Assembly (NCBI RefSeq): GCF_009914755.1
Contig: NC_060947.1
DNA length: 64,000 bases
Source: the human T2T-CHM13v2.0 reference genome, Homo sapiens
Reading direction: 5' to 3' (one strand)
Numbering within the stretch: the stretch's first letter is position 1; every line of letters starts with the position of its first letter. Below, piece after piece: positions 43,737 through 57,200 of the stretch. The translations under genes and the position numbers were made by a program. Under the pieces are notes generated by a model that was not told the DNA's origin, did no database searches, and saw only the letters and a program-made list of their open reading frames with translations.

Positions 43737-44016
43737 TTCTGTCTTTCTTTCTTTTTTGTTTTTGAAACAGAGTCTCGCTTTGTCACCCAGGCTGGAGTGC
43801 AGTGGTGCAATCTTGGGTCACTGCAACCTCTGCCTCCCGAGTAGCTGGGACTACAGGTATGTGCCACCAGGCCCAGCTAATTTTTTTTGTATTTTTAGTA
43901 GAGATGGAGTTTCGCCATGTTGGCCAGGCTGGTCTCGATCACCTGATTTCAGGTGATCTGTCCGCCTTGGCCTCCCAAAGTGCTGGGATTACAGGTCTGA
44001 GCCACTACACCTGGCC
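43737..44016 (-). mobile_element. AluS SINE with a ~30-bp internal deletion, inserted in L1 ORF1
   Basis: Alu motifs. TSD tcagtattctt (43726-43736) / tcagcattctt (44017-44027). gcaacctctgcctcc runs straight into cgagtagctgg. Confidence 0.93.
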
Positions 44017-46172
44017 TCAGCATTCTTAAAGAAAATAATTTTCAACCAAGATTTTCATATCCGGCAGAACTAAGCTTCATAAGTGAACAAGAAATAAGGT
44101 CTTTTCAGACAAGCAAGTGCTGAGGGAATTTGTTACCACCAGACCTACCTTGCAAGAGGCCCTGAAGGAAATGCTAAATATGGAAAGTAAAGACACTTAC
44201 TAACCACTACTGAACATACTTAAGTAAGCAGACCATTGACATTATGAAACAACCACTCAAACAAGTCTGCATAATAACCAGCCAACAGCATGATGACAGG
44301 ATCAAACCTGCACATATGAATATCAACCTTGAATACAAACAGAATGATTGTCCCAATTAAAAGGCTCAGAGTGGCAAGCTGCATAAAGAAGCAAGACTCA
44401 ACTGTCTTCAAGGAACCCAGATCACGTGCTATAACACTCATAGACTCAAAATAAAGGGACAGAAAAAGACCTGCCAAGCAAATGGAAAACAGAAAAAGCA
44501 GGGGGTGCTATCCAAATTTCAGGCACAACAGACTTTAAGCCAACACAGATCAAACAATACAAAGAAAGGCATTACATAATAGTAAAAGGTTCAATTAAAC
44601 TATCCTAAATATATATGCACCCAACACAGGAGCACCCAGAGTCATAAAACAGGTTCCTAGAGACCTAAGAGGAGACTTTGATAACCACACAATAAGAATG
44701 GGAGACTTAAATACTCCACTGACAATATTAGACAGATTATTGAGGCAGAAAAGAACAAAGAGAGTCAGGATCTGAAGTCAGCACTGTATCAAACGGGCTT
44801 GATAGATATCTACAGAACTCTCTACCCCAAGACAACAAAATATACATTCTTTTTATCACCACATGGCACAGACTCTAAAGTCAACCTACAATTCAAACTA
44901 TACTATAAGGATACAGTAACCCAAACAGCATGGTATTGGTACAAAAACAGACACATAGACCAATTGAAAAGAATAGAGGGCCCAGAAATAATTCCAGGCA
45001 CCCACAACCCTCTAATCTTCAACAAAGTCTACAAAAATAAGCAATGGGGGAATGACTAGCTACTCAAAAATAATGCTGGTATAACTGGCTAGCCATATAC
45101 AGAAGATTGAACCTAGACTCCTTCTTTACACCATATTCAAAAATGAATTCAAGATTAAATGTAAAACCTGAAACTATAAAAATCCTGGAAGATAACCTAG
45201 GAAATATCATTGTGGACATAGGCCTTGGTAAAAATTTTACGATGAAGATGCCAAAAGCAATTGCAACAAAAACAAAACGCGACAAGTGTCAACTAATTAA
45301 AGAGCTTCTGCACAGCCAAAGTAATGTCAACAGAGTAAATAGACAACCTACAGAATGGGAGAAAACATTTGCAAAGTATGCATCCAACAAAGGTCTAATA
45401 TTCAGAAATTTTCAGGAACTTAAGCAAATTTATAATTAAAAACCCAACAGCCCCATTAAAAAGTAGACAAAGCGCATTAACAGACACTTTTCAAAAGAAG
45501 ACATACATGCAGCCCACAAGCATATGAAAAAATGCACAAAATCACTGATCATTAGAGAAATGCAAATCAAAACCATAAGGATATACCAGCCCATATAATA
45601 AGAATGGCTATTATTTAAAAGTCAAAAATTACAGATGCTGGCAAGGTTGTGGAGAAAAAGGAATGCCTATACACAGCAAGTAGTAATTTAAATTAGTTCA
45701 GCCATTGTGAAAAGCAGTGTGGTAATTCCACAAAGAAATTAAAACAGAATTACTGTGTGACTCTGTAATCCCATCACTGAGTATGTACCGAAAGGAATAT
45801 AAGTCATTTTCCCATAAAAACTCATGCATGTGTATGTTCATTGCAGCAGTATTCACAATAGCAAAGACAAGAAATCCACCTACATGTTAATCAATGATAG
45901 ACTAGATAAAGAAAATATGGTACATATACACAATGGAATACTACACAGTCATAAAAACATGAGATTATGTCTTTTTCAGCCGCATGAATGGAACTGAAGA
46001 CTATTATCCTAAGCAAACTAATGCAGGAAGAGAAAACCAAATATTGCACGCTCTTACTTATAAATGAGAGCTAAACAATGAGTAAACATGGACACAAAGG
46101 GGAAAAACAGACATTGGGGCTGACTTGAAGGCAGAGGATGGGAGGAGGCAGAAGTTCAAAAAACTACCTATC

Positions 46173-46275
46173 AGAGTGACTATAGTTAAAAATAATTGTA
46201 CATTTTAAAATACTTAAAGAGTGTAATTGGATTGTTTGTAACTCAAACGATAAATGTTTGAGAGGATGGATGTAT
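46173..46275 (+). mobile_element. ~100-bp L1MA1/2-type 3'UTR fragment inserted in the host L1 3'UTR
   Basis: gtgactatagt...aattgtacattttaaaata...taattggattgtttgtaac.caaa.gataaatg.ttgag.ggatggat, flanked by aaaaaactacctatc and aaaaaataacctatc. Confidence 0.8.
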
Positions 46276-46509
46276 AAAAAATAACCTATCTGTTGAGTAC
46301 TATGCTTATTACCTGTGTGACGAAACAATCTATGCACCAAACCCCACAACACGCACTTTATCTGTATAACAAACCATCACATGTACCTCTGAACCTAAAA
46401 TAAAAGTTATAGAAAAGATGAATAACAAACTAAACACTAATCGGGCTATGTTTCTTTAAATTAGGTTTTGCATTACATATAGCTAGTCCTATTTTAACCT
46501 AATATTGTA

Positions 46510-46707
46510 TACTTTACATTAATTAAATAAATACAACAACAGGGTAAGGTGAGTAAAATTATTATCCCCATTTTAGAAACGAAGAAACAGAGGCACAGTG
46601 AATATATGTAAATTTTCCAAGGTTACACAGGTATGGAGGGAGCCACCATTTGATCCTAGGCAATTTGGCATTAGATTCGACATTCTTAACTCCAATGCTG
46701 TACTGTC
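46510..46707 (-). mobile_element. MIR SINE
   Basis: attattatccccattttagaaacgaagaaacagaggcacag...ccaaggttacacag...atttgatcctaggca. Confidence 0.85.
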
Positions 46708-46802
46708 CAGTTCCATCTTAACACTTCCAAATCTATAGTTTTCCACCAACACATAAAATTTCTACTCTTTTGAGGTTTATGCCATAAGGCTGGCTGTATT
46801 AA

Positions 46803-47234
<432 letters not shown>

Positions 47235-48799
47235 TGAAATCTTCATCTTCAAACAACTTCACTACACTATTTTAGCCATACACTCTCCAAACCCAGTGGA
47301 TATACTGTGCACCTAACCGGCTTCATTAATGGCATTGCTTCTGAAATTTTAGACTCAGATGTTCTATTGTGTCATCACAATGCTCTACTCATATATTTTA
47401 TCATTCAGTCACTTTCGTTACACCTGTTCCTTTAATCCAGGTCACTCAAATCCTCTACATTCCTCCCATCTGTTGACCATCCATTCTCTTTTATTTTCAT
47501 ATTCCATCAAGATTATTTTCAATTCAACTCCTGAAATCTCAGTGCCTACCTCCAGGCTGCTTATCAGGAATAGAGAAGATTGCATAACTATGAAGGTTAG
47601 AACCATTATAAACCCATAGACAACAAACTTATCTTGGACTTTCCCTTCCTTATAATGACTCATTCAAAGTATTTTGTTTCTCCAAATTCCAACCTTTTAA
47701 TTACCTTATGGCTTTCAACACATACCTTTTTATTTGTTTCAGAGAGAAAATTGAATATGCAAAACAAGAATTTCCTTAATTTTCTTAAACCAAAGCTATT
47801 GATGTGTACCATTTTGAAATGGTTCATGCACCATCTCAGCTCTTTGCCGTGCTAGAGGAATTTAACTGTATCCCTAAAAATATTCTCCACCTACATGCCC
47901 TCACAAGTTTTCTCATTCTCTGAGGTAATGGAATTGTAGTTTAACTCCCTGTGCCCTCTTTGAATTTTATTAAAGTTGTATTACACTAAGGAAATACACT
48001 TCCTTGTTTATAGTATAAATGTGGGGTCATCACCTTATTCTACTGTAATTTTTTTCTTTTATTGTTGGTTTCTTTTTGCAAAATTCAGAGGTTAGATGTT
48101 GAATGCACATTCCTATATTTCTGTCTTCTCTAAATGTCCCAGCTCTTTTAAACTTTTAATTAGGAAAGCTTTTTTTTCATGATTACAATTGTGATAAAAC
48201 ATTCCCATTTTTCTTGTACTGAATCTCATTCTTTTTCTTCCATATTAACATTCCACTAATATCATATGTATTTATTTATTATTAAAGACTGAATTCTTGA
48301 GCTTCTCAAATTAAGTCTCAATATCATTGATTTAATTTTCTACACAATTATAACTTTTAAGGCCTTCAATACACATCTTAGTATTCATTTAGTTTTCTTA
48401 AATTCCTTCTTATTTTCATCTTAGTCAGTTGTCTATTCATCTTAGATTTTTCTTTCCATTTAGCTTTCTACTCCCTTTTCAGGGGCCTTGAATGTATTTT
48501 ATTTTGATGGAGACTGTAACATTCTTCTACTTTTTTTCTGGTTCTTAAATTTAAGAAGTTATTTACAAAACTCATTTTTTACCCTTTAAGTCCTTAGAAA
48601 AGTAAATATTTTTTTCATAGGTTTCATGTTGTTTTGGTATTGTTGTTATGCTGTTTTCTTCTCAACTCATTCCCAAATAAAACTACTATTATATAGTCCT
48701 AATACTGGACATTACTTGGTTGCACACTCATTTTGCTTAGGAGTAGGAAAATACCTTTTTTAGATCTGTATTAGGAAATAAGTTAGATGTGCCCAACTT

Positions 48800-49645
48800 C
48801 TCATGTAATTTTTAGTCATTCATCTAGGATTGATATATTGTACTGAAAAAAAAATTTCTGCCTCCGTTGACTGGGTCTCTGATACCCTAAAAATTAACTC
48901 TAATCAAAAATACTGTCCCCAGTACACATCTTTCTTCTGGCTTTTCTTGTCATTGTATCTTTTCCACACCACACCTCCAACATGGGTTGGCATATATCAT
49001 CTGAGAATCTAAGATGCAAGATGCCTGATTACTTTCTCCCTTTACTAACAGCTCAATTGTTTTACTTCAGTCAATGAATTTTGATGGCAGATTCATGGGA
49101 AACAAAAATGTGGCTTCTTCAAAGACAGTATGCATCAAAGTTATGGTGTGTTATTGATACAGACCTAATGTAGCTAACAGAACGATTTTTCTAAAATATT
49201 GCTTTCACCATATTGTACCCTATTCAAATACTTACAAGATAAAAATCTAATTCTCTTGGTTTGACATTCACAGGTCACCTGAATAAGAACAATTCATATC
49301 CATCTCAGCACTTTTACTTGTACTGCTCCTCTCCTTTCTCTCTGCCTACCCTTGCATTTTCAAGTCAAGCAACAAAGCCTATCGTTGTTGGAAGGACTCT
49401 GTCTTTGAAAAGCCTAACACTTAATTTCCACACTCTATGCTTTGTAATCAGTAAGCTCCAGGAAAGCGGGTACTGTGCATAACTTGTTCTTTTTTTCTTT
49501 TGATGCTGTTTTATTTTCCAAAGCCTAAAAAGCCATGTCTTACACTCATTTCTATCTTAAAGACGTGCCATAATGTTATTCTTATACGGAGTTGTCAACA
49601 AATGCTTGTTAACTATATGGATAGTTATTGATCGATTGAATGAAT
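48800..49645 (+). mobile_element. L2 fragments including the 3' end
   Basis: Degenerate L2-like motifs ending caacaaatgcttgtt...gattgaatgaatg. Confidence 0.45.
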
Positions 49646-50029
49646 GCCTCTGTCATAGAATCTGAAGACTTTTCACATTATGTATTTATGAGAAGTAACC
49701 TATACCTAACCTCCTTCTTCATTCACCTATAAAGATAGATTAATATCGTTAGTCAAGTGGCATTTTTTCTATAATTAAAATAACATTTCAGTAAAGATAA
49801 ATTTATAATTATATGCTCCTATTGGAATTGATAAGTAGTACTTTAGTATTGGAAATGTGAAAACAAAAGGGAAAACGTTTCAATTTGTATGAAGAAAATA
49901 TGTATGGTATATTACATACTTAAGAAATATATCTGAAAATTTCTCAAGTAAAAGGATCAGTTTTGTTGATGCTTTCTATTTTAGAATAGTTAAAAAAACT
50001 GTAATATATTTTATAAAGTGTGCTCTGAA

Positions 50030-50200
50030 GTGTTGCCCAAATCTGATACTTGCTACTAACAGAGTATGTGACCTCAGGCAAGTCAGAGAACTTCTACAAG
50101 TTCAGTTTTATTATTTATAAAGTGCATGTACTGGCCAACCTCACAGGGTTTTATGAGGATCAATTGAAATAATAAATGCAAAATAACTTTGTTAAGTATT
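50030..50200 (+). mobile_element. MIR SINE fragment
   Basis: tgtgacctcaggcaagtca...acctcacagggtttt.tgaggatcaa.tgaaataataaatg. Confidence 0.8.
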
Positions 50201-50359
50201 GTTTAAATATGAGAGGATATTAACATTCCCAATAAATGGCCAAAAAGAAATCTACTCAGTAAACTACAATGAAAAGATCTGAAAAGAGATGTGAGATCAA
50301 ATGTTATGTCATACCTTTTTAAAATCTTGAATGGCAAGAGACAAGAAGTCTATTAATTT

Positions 50360-50440
50360 AGAGTTGCCAGATAAAATACAGTATGCCCAATTAAATTTAA
50401 ATATCAGATAAACAAAACGTATGTGTTTCAGTATAAGTAA
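50360..50440 (+). mobile_element. MER53-like hAT MITE, left half
   Basis: tagagttgccagataaaatacag.atgccca.ttaaattt.aat.tcagataaacaa. Confidence 0.75.
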
Positions 50441-53400
50441 ATTATACATATGGGCTCTTGCCTCCAAAGCATATTAAAGACACTGCTAAATATTTGTCAA
50501 TTAGGAATGTGATTACTATGGAATAATAACAAACTAGTTATCTTTTCCTACCACTTGTTACTGATGTTGAAGAAGGAACATAAAAGGAGATTGAATATAA
50601 GTTAAAGATTGAGGAAATAATATGTTTTTCAGCTTAAGTGCAGCAAATGTTGGTGTTCCATTATTTTATTTTAATTTGTGTGAATTCATAGAACATCAAA
50701 CATATCTATGTTCAAGTAGGAGAACATAATCACTTGTCAAAGTTTAATATAAGTGATTTCTCCTTCATTCCCTCTTTTAGATTTTCCAATATGGCATATG
50801 TAATTGTAAGTAATCACTGCATGTCTATGGTGGTTTTATAGTACCTTAGAACTAAGAATGGTCCTGAGAGTACTTGAATTATTCTAAAAGAACTGATATA
50901 ATCCTAATAAACTTAGTGAAAGAAAGAGAACAAACGATTGATAACAAATGGACAAAACAGACTGACGTTAAAAACAAAGTCACACCAATTAATTTAGTTT
51001 ATCAATTATAAATTATTGTGTTAGAATAAAAGACATAAAAAACATTAGGGCAATATGGGGGAAATTTTTTGTTCATGTGAAGGTATTAAGTAAATTTTCA
51101 CCTTCCATTACTGCCATCTTCTTAACTCATAAATTTCATTTTAAAATTCTTTCTGCCAAGCCAGCCAATATCTTGTCTAAAATGATATGCTTCTTTTCTT
51201 ATGTGCACTTCCTTTATGAGAGTTCATCTTAAGGCACAGTTTTAAAAGAAATATGTATTTGACAAATCTAAAAGCTTGACTGTCAACTTAAAATTCACTT
51301 CTCTCTTCGAAAGCTAAAACATGAATGAAAGAAAGAAGTTAACATCCCAAGGTCTTAATTTTCTGTATAAAATTTATAAATTACTTAAAGGCTAAAGATT
51401 CTATGTGTCTACAAGGATTATTATTTACTTTCCAAATGGATTACAAAACCCTTGGAAGGTTGTTCTCTAGGCCTCATATATATATTCAATCCAGGAAGAT
51501 AGTGCAACTTTGAGTTAACCATGTTAAGTCTATATACATCTGCTTCTGTATCCCACAGGAGAAAATTTCTAAACCACTCCATATAGATTTAATTTCATGA
51601 ATGATGGTTTCTTCCACTATTTATTGTCTCCATTCTTACTGCCTATAAATTCTTTGGTAAGTTAATTAAGATCTCTTAGTCTGCATTCCCACAAGTAAAA
51701 TGGGACCCCCGAATGACTCAGTATCTCCATGACCCAACTTCATATTCCCTCAGGAGAAAAGGTCATTGACTCTGGTCTAAGCAATGTAGTACTAATTTCT
51801 TCAGCATAGTGCCAGGTAGGTTTGTGGAGAAAGTTATCAAACATTCAGAAGATTTGACTCAAATATCTCAATCTTAGTGGCTTCTCAAAGCATGCCCCAG
51901 TGCACACATCTTTTTCAGATCGTCCTTGTTCTTCTAAGTGGAATGTTTTCACTAAGTGCATTTGTGTAGGGCACTCTTTTAATGATTGATGCATGAAATA
52001 AAAATATTTGATTACTATATTAACATTGTAATGAATACCCCCACTTTCACATAAACAATATTATGTAATATACATATATACAATAGATATACTGTACATA
52101 TGGAATTGCAATAAACATTTTCTCTTTATGTTCTTTAAGAACTGAAAATGTGAATATTCAGAAAAACCTTGGGAGTAGCCCACAGAAAGATTGAATATGT
52201 TAAGAATCTAATCTCATATGTCCATGTGCTATTATAGATGCATTCACTTACTCATGCATAAATAAAAGCAGAATTTTCTATGTGCAGAACCCACTGCATT
52301 TTTTTGAGTTTAAGTAATTGAAAAATAAAGTCAACATTTCATACAAAGCATCTCTTTCCAAGAGCTGAATATTATGTATTTTGAATTGCCTTTTATATTT
52401 TGTTAAATCAGTGATTTTAAATGAAGATAACCTCATAACTTTTATTATCCAGTTAACCACATTGTAGGCTATTAAAATCAAATATGTAGATATTCAAATG
52501 CACACAGGATGGCACATACTTTCTCTGTGCAGGAGACAGATGGCTTTTATTAATATTAAAAGTGATTAACATGTCAAGTAAATTAGCAAACTTTCAGCAG
52601 CATTTTTATTTCTTTAGCTTATTATTCTATTCTCTCTTAGAAGTACTGACCTGGAGCAACTTCCTTATCTTCTTGTCTATTCTGGAGTAGTGAGCCTTTG
52701 TTTACAAGCCAATACAAATGGTTCTATTTATAAAGTCAGGTGTCAATCATTTCAGGTCACATACACTTTCCTATACTCAGGAAAGTTTGGCCACCTGAGT
52801 TTTGTTTGTTTCTAACTAAAGATGAATTTAACATTTATAAACATACAGTCAATACCTTCACACAATATATTCATATTATTTTGCCCCATTCTGTACCTAT
52901 AATCAATCATTCCAGTCACAAACATAAGAAAAAATCACCAGTGACTATTAAAGTTTGAAATATTTATTCTGTGTAAGACACTGTACTAGGCATTTTGGGA
53001 CCTGCAAAGATAAAGTAAATATTTTCTACCTTCTTAAAGACACACAGATAGTGTATAACTGGTAGGAGTCTGGATTCCCAAGAGAAAGAAGAGTTTGCTT
53101 CTAATAAAGAAAATTCTTGGCTTAATTGAATTTTTAAAATAATGATAAGATATGTCAAAAATGCATAAACTAGATAATCAGATATAAAGTATCCAATTTT
53201 ACATCACCCATATTAAACAGATGTTTTACTTTTTTTGTTTCGGGTCTATCTGAAGATATGTAAGTCATTACAGGTGGACTAATGCCCTTTTGTGTTACTG
53301 ATTCCAAATCATTCCTTTAGAAGTAATCATGAAACTTAAGGTGATGTGATCTTCCTGTTCACATTTTTATAATTTTCTACATAAATATGAATTCATAAAC

Positions 53401-53488
53401 AGTATATGTATATTCATGATTGGTATATACAACCACAATATTTACATAACTAATCATATTTATTTTCATAATTTGATGTTTTACTCAA

Positions 53489-54270
53489 TTTTTTTTTTTT
53501 AGATTTGGGGGTAAAAGTGTAGTTGTATTACATGGATATGTTGCCTAGTAGTGAATTCTGACCTTTCAGTGTATGTCATCTGAATATTATTCATTGTTCC
53601 AAATGGATAATATTTTATCTATCACTTCCACCACCACCGTCCCATCTTTTGGTGTCTCTAATGACTATTATTCCACTCTGTTATGTCCATGTGTACTCAT
53701 TATTCAGCTTTCACTTGTAAGTGAGAACATGCAGTTTTGACATCCTGTTTCTAAGTTATTTCTTTTAAGATAATGGCCCCCAGTTCCACCGCTGTTGCTG
53801 AAAAAGACATAATTTCATTATTTTTTATAGTTGAGTAGTGTTCCATAGTGTGTGTGTGTGTGTGTGTGTATACACACCTGACATTTTTAATCCAGTCATC
53901 TGTTGATGGATCCTTAGGTTGAGTCCATGACTATGTTATTGTGAAGAGTGCTATAATAAACATACTAATGCAGATGTCTTTTTGATATAATGTCTTCTTT
54001 TCCATGAGTAGATACCCAGTAATTGAATTGCTGAACTGAATGGTAGTTCTATTTTTAGTTATTTGAGAAATATCCATACTGTTTTCCATAGAAGTTGTAC
54101 TAATTTACATTCCCACCAACAGTGTATAAGCATTCCCTCTTCTCCATATTCTTCCCAACTTCTGTTATTTTTTTTACTTTTTTACAATAGCAATTCTGAC
54201 TGGTGTAAGATGGTATCTCATCATGGTTTTAATTTGCATTTCTCCGATGATTAAGGATGTTGAGCACTTT
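53489..54270 (-). mobile_element. L1PB-type 3' end (host of the L1PA7/8 insertion); contains a (TG)n at 53848-53869
   Basis: polyT, agatttgggggta...ttacatggatat.ttgc.tagtagtgaa.tctg...atccatactgttttccatagaagttgtac. Confidence 0.85.
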
Positions 54271-57200
54271 TTTTTAAATTTACTTTAAGTTCTGGGATAC
54301 ATTTTCAGGTTTGTAACATAGGTATACATGTGCTATGGTAGTTTGCTGTACCTATCCATCCATCATCAAGGTTTTAAGCCCCACATGCATTAAGTATTTG
54401 TCCTAATGCCCTCCCTCCGCATGCCCCCCAACCCCTGACAGGCCCCAGTGTGTGATGTTCACCTCCCTGTGTCCAAGTGTTCTCATTGTTCAACTCCCAC
54501 TTATGAGTGAGAACATGCAGTGTTTGGTTTTCTGTTCCCGTGTTAGTTTGCTGAGAATGATGGTTTCCAGCTTCATCCATGTCCCTGCAAAGGACAGAAA
54601 CACATTGTTCTTTGGCTGCATAGTATTCCATGGTGTATATGTGCCACATTTTCTTTATCCAGTCTATCACTGATGGGCATTTGGGTTGGTTCCAAGTCTT
54701 TGCTATTGTAAATAGTGCTGCAATAAACATACGTGTGCATGTGTCTTTATAGTAGAATGATTTATAATCCTCTGGGTATGTACCCAGTAATGAACTTGCT
54801 GGGTTAAATGGTATTTCTGCTTCTAGATCCTTGAGGAATCGTCACACTGTCTTCCACAATGGTTGAAATAATTTACACTCCCACCAACAGTGTAAAAGAG
54901 TTCCTAATTCTCCACAGCTTCACCAGCATCTGTGGTTTCCTGACTTTTTAATGATCACCATTCTAACTGGCATGAGATATCTCATTGTAGTTTTGATTTG
55001 CATTTCTCCAATGATCAGTGATGATGAGCTTTTTTTCATATGTCTGTGGGCTGCATAAATGTCTTTTTTGGAGAAGTGTCTGTTCATATTCCTTCCCCCA
55101 CTTTTTGATGGGGTTGTTTGTTTTTACTTGTAAATTTGTTTAAATTCCTTATAGATTTTCGATATTAGACCCTTGTCAGATAGATAGATTACAAAAATTT
55201 TCTCCCATTCTGAAGGTTGACTGTTCACTTTGATGATAGTTTCCTTTGCTGTGCAGAAGCTCTTTAGTTTAATTAGATCCCGTTTGTCAATTTTGGCTTT
55301 TGTTGCAATTGCATTTGGTGTTTTAGTCATTAAGTCTTTGCCCATTCATATGCCCTCAATGGTATTGCCTAGGTTTTCTAATAGGGTTTTTATGGTTTGG
55401 GGTTTTACATTTAAGTGTTCAATCCATCTTAATTTTTGTATAAGGTGTAAGGAAAGGGTGGAGTTTCTGTTTTCTGCATATGGCTAGCTAGTTTTCCCAG
55501 CACCATTTATTAAATAGGGAATCTTTTCCCTATTGCTTGTTTTTGTCAAGTTTGTCAAAGATCAGATGGTTGCAGATGTGTGGTGTTATTTCTGAGGCCT
55601 CTATTCTGTTCCATCGGTCTATATATCTGTTTTGGTACCAATACCGTGCTGTTTCGGTTACTGTAGCTTTGTTGTATAGTTTGAAGCCAGGTGGCATGAT
55701 GCCTCCAGCTTTGTTATTTTTGCTTAGGATTGCTTGGCTATATGGGCTCTTCCTGGGTTCCATATGAAATTTAAAGTGGTTCTTTCTAATTTTTTGAAGA
55801 AAGCCAACGGTAGCCTGATGGAAATAGCATTGAATCTATAAATTACTTTGGGCAGTATGGCCATTTTCATAATATTGAGCCTTTCTATCCATGAACATGG
55901 AATTTTTTTTCCATTCGTTTGTGTCCTTTCTTATTTCCTTGAGCAGTGGTTTGTAGTTCTCCTTGAAGAGGTCCTTCACATCCCTTGTAAGTTGGATTCC
56001 TAAGTATTTTATTCTCTTTGTAGCAATTGTGAATGGGAGTTCACTCATGATTTGACTCTCTGCTTGTCTATTTCAGGTGTATAGAAATGCTTGCGATTTT
56101 TGCACATTGATTTTGGTTCCTGAGACTTTGCTGAAGTTGCTTATCAGCTTAAGGAGTTTTTGGGCTGAGATGATGGGGTTTTCTAAATATACAATCATGT
56201 CATCTGCAAACAGAAACAATTTGACTTCCTCTCTTCCTATTTGAATACCTTTTATTTCTTTCTCTTGTCTGATAGCCCTGGCCAGAACTTCCAATATTAC
56301 GTTGAATAGGAATGGTGTGAGAGGGCATCCTTGTCTTGTGCTGGTTTTCAAAGGGAATGCTTCCAGCTTTTGCCCATTCAGTATGATACTGGCTCTGGAT
56401 TTGTCATAAATAGCTCTTATTATTTTGAGATATGTTCCATCAATACCTAGTTTATGGAGAGTTTTTTGCATGAAAGGGTGTTGCATTTTATCGAAGGCAT
56501 TTTCTGCATCTATTGAGATAATCATGTGTTTTTTGTCATTTGTCCTGTTTATGTGATGCACTACATTTATTAATTTGTGTATGTTGAAGCAACCTTGCAT
56601 CCCAGGGCTAAAGCCAACTTGATTGTGGAGGATAAGCTTTTTGATGTGCTGTTGGATTCAGTTTGCCAGTATTTTGTTGAGTATTTTTGCATCAATATTC
56701 ATCTGGAATATTGGCCTGAAGTTTTCTTTTTTTGTAGTGTCTTTGCCAGGTTTAGGTATCTGGATGATGCTGGTCTCATAAAACGAGTTAGGGAGGAGTC
56801 CTTCTTTTGCATTGTTTGGAATAGTGTCAGAAGGGATGGTACCAGCTCCTCTTTGTACCTCTGGAAGAATTCGGCTGTGAATCTGTCTGGCCCTGAGCTT
56901 TTTTTGGTTGGTAGGCTATTAATTACTGCCTCAATTTCAGAACTTTTTATTGGTCTATTCAGGGATTTGACTTCTTACTGGATTAGTCTTGGGATGGTAT
57001 ATGTGTCCAGAAATAACACAGGAATAACTTCTAGGTTTTCTAGTTTATTTGTGTAGAAGTGTTTATAGTATTCTCTAGTGGTAGTTTGTATTTCTGTGGG
57101 ATAAATGGTGATATCCCCTTTATCATTTTTTATTGTCTCTATTTAATTCTTCTCTCTTTTCTTCTTTATCAGTCTGGCTAGTGGTCTATTTTGTTAATCT

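Larger units (their letters stand above)
41526..46410 (+). mobile_element. L1 (L1PA13/L1PREC2 class): GC-rich repeated 5'UTR, ORF1, internally deleted ORF2, 3'UTR
   Basis: 5'UTR repeats at 41680-42600. ORF1 peptide SNLENIFQDTIH. ORF 44799-45059 fuses EN to post-RT sequence. Terminus atgtacctctgaacctaaaataaaagtt. Confidence 0.88.

Noticed and set aside
40954-44016. Oppositely oriented Alus as an ADAR-edited dsRNA
   Set aside because: The copies are diverged J versus S or fragmentary, there is no evidence of transcription, and such pairs are commonplace.
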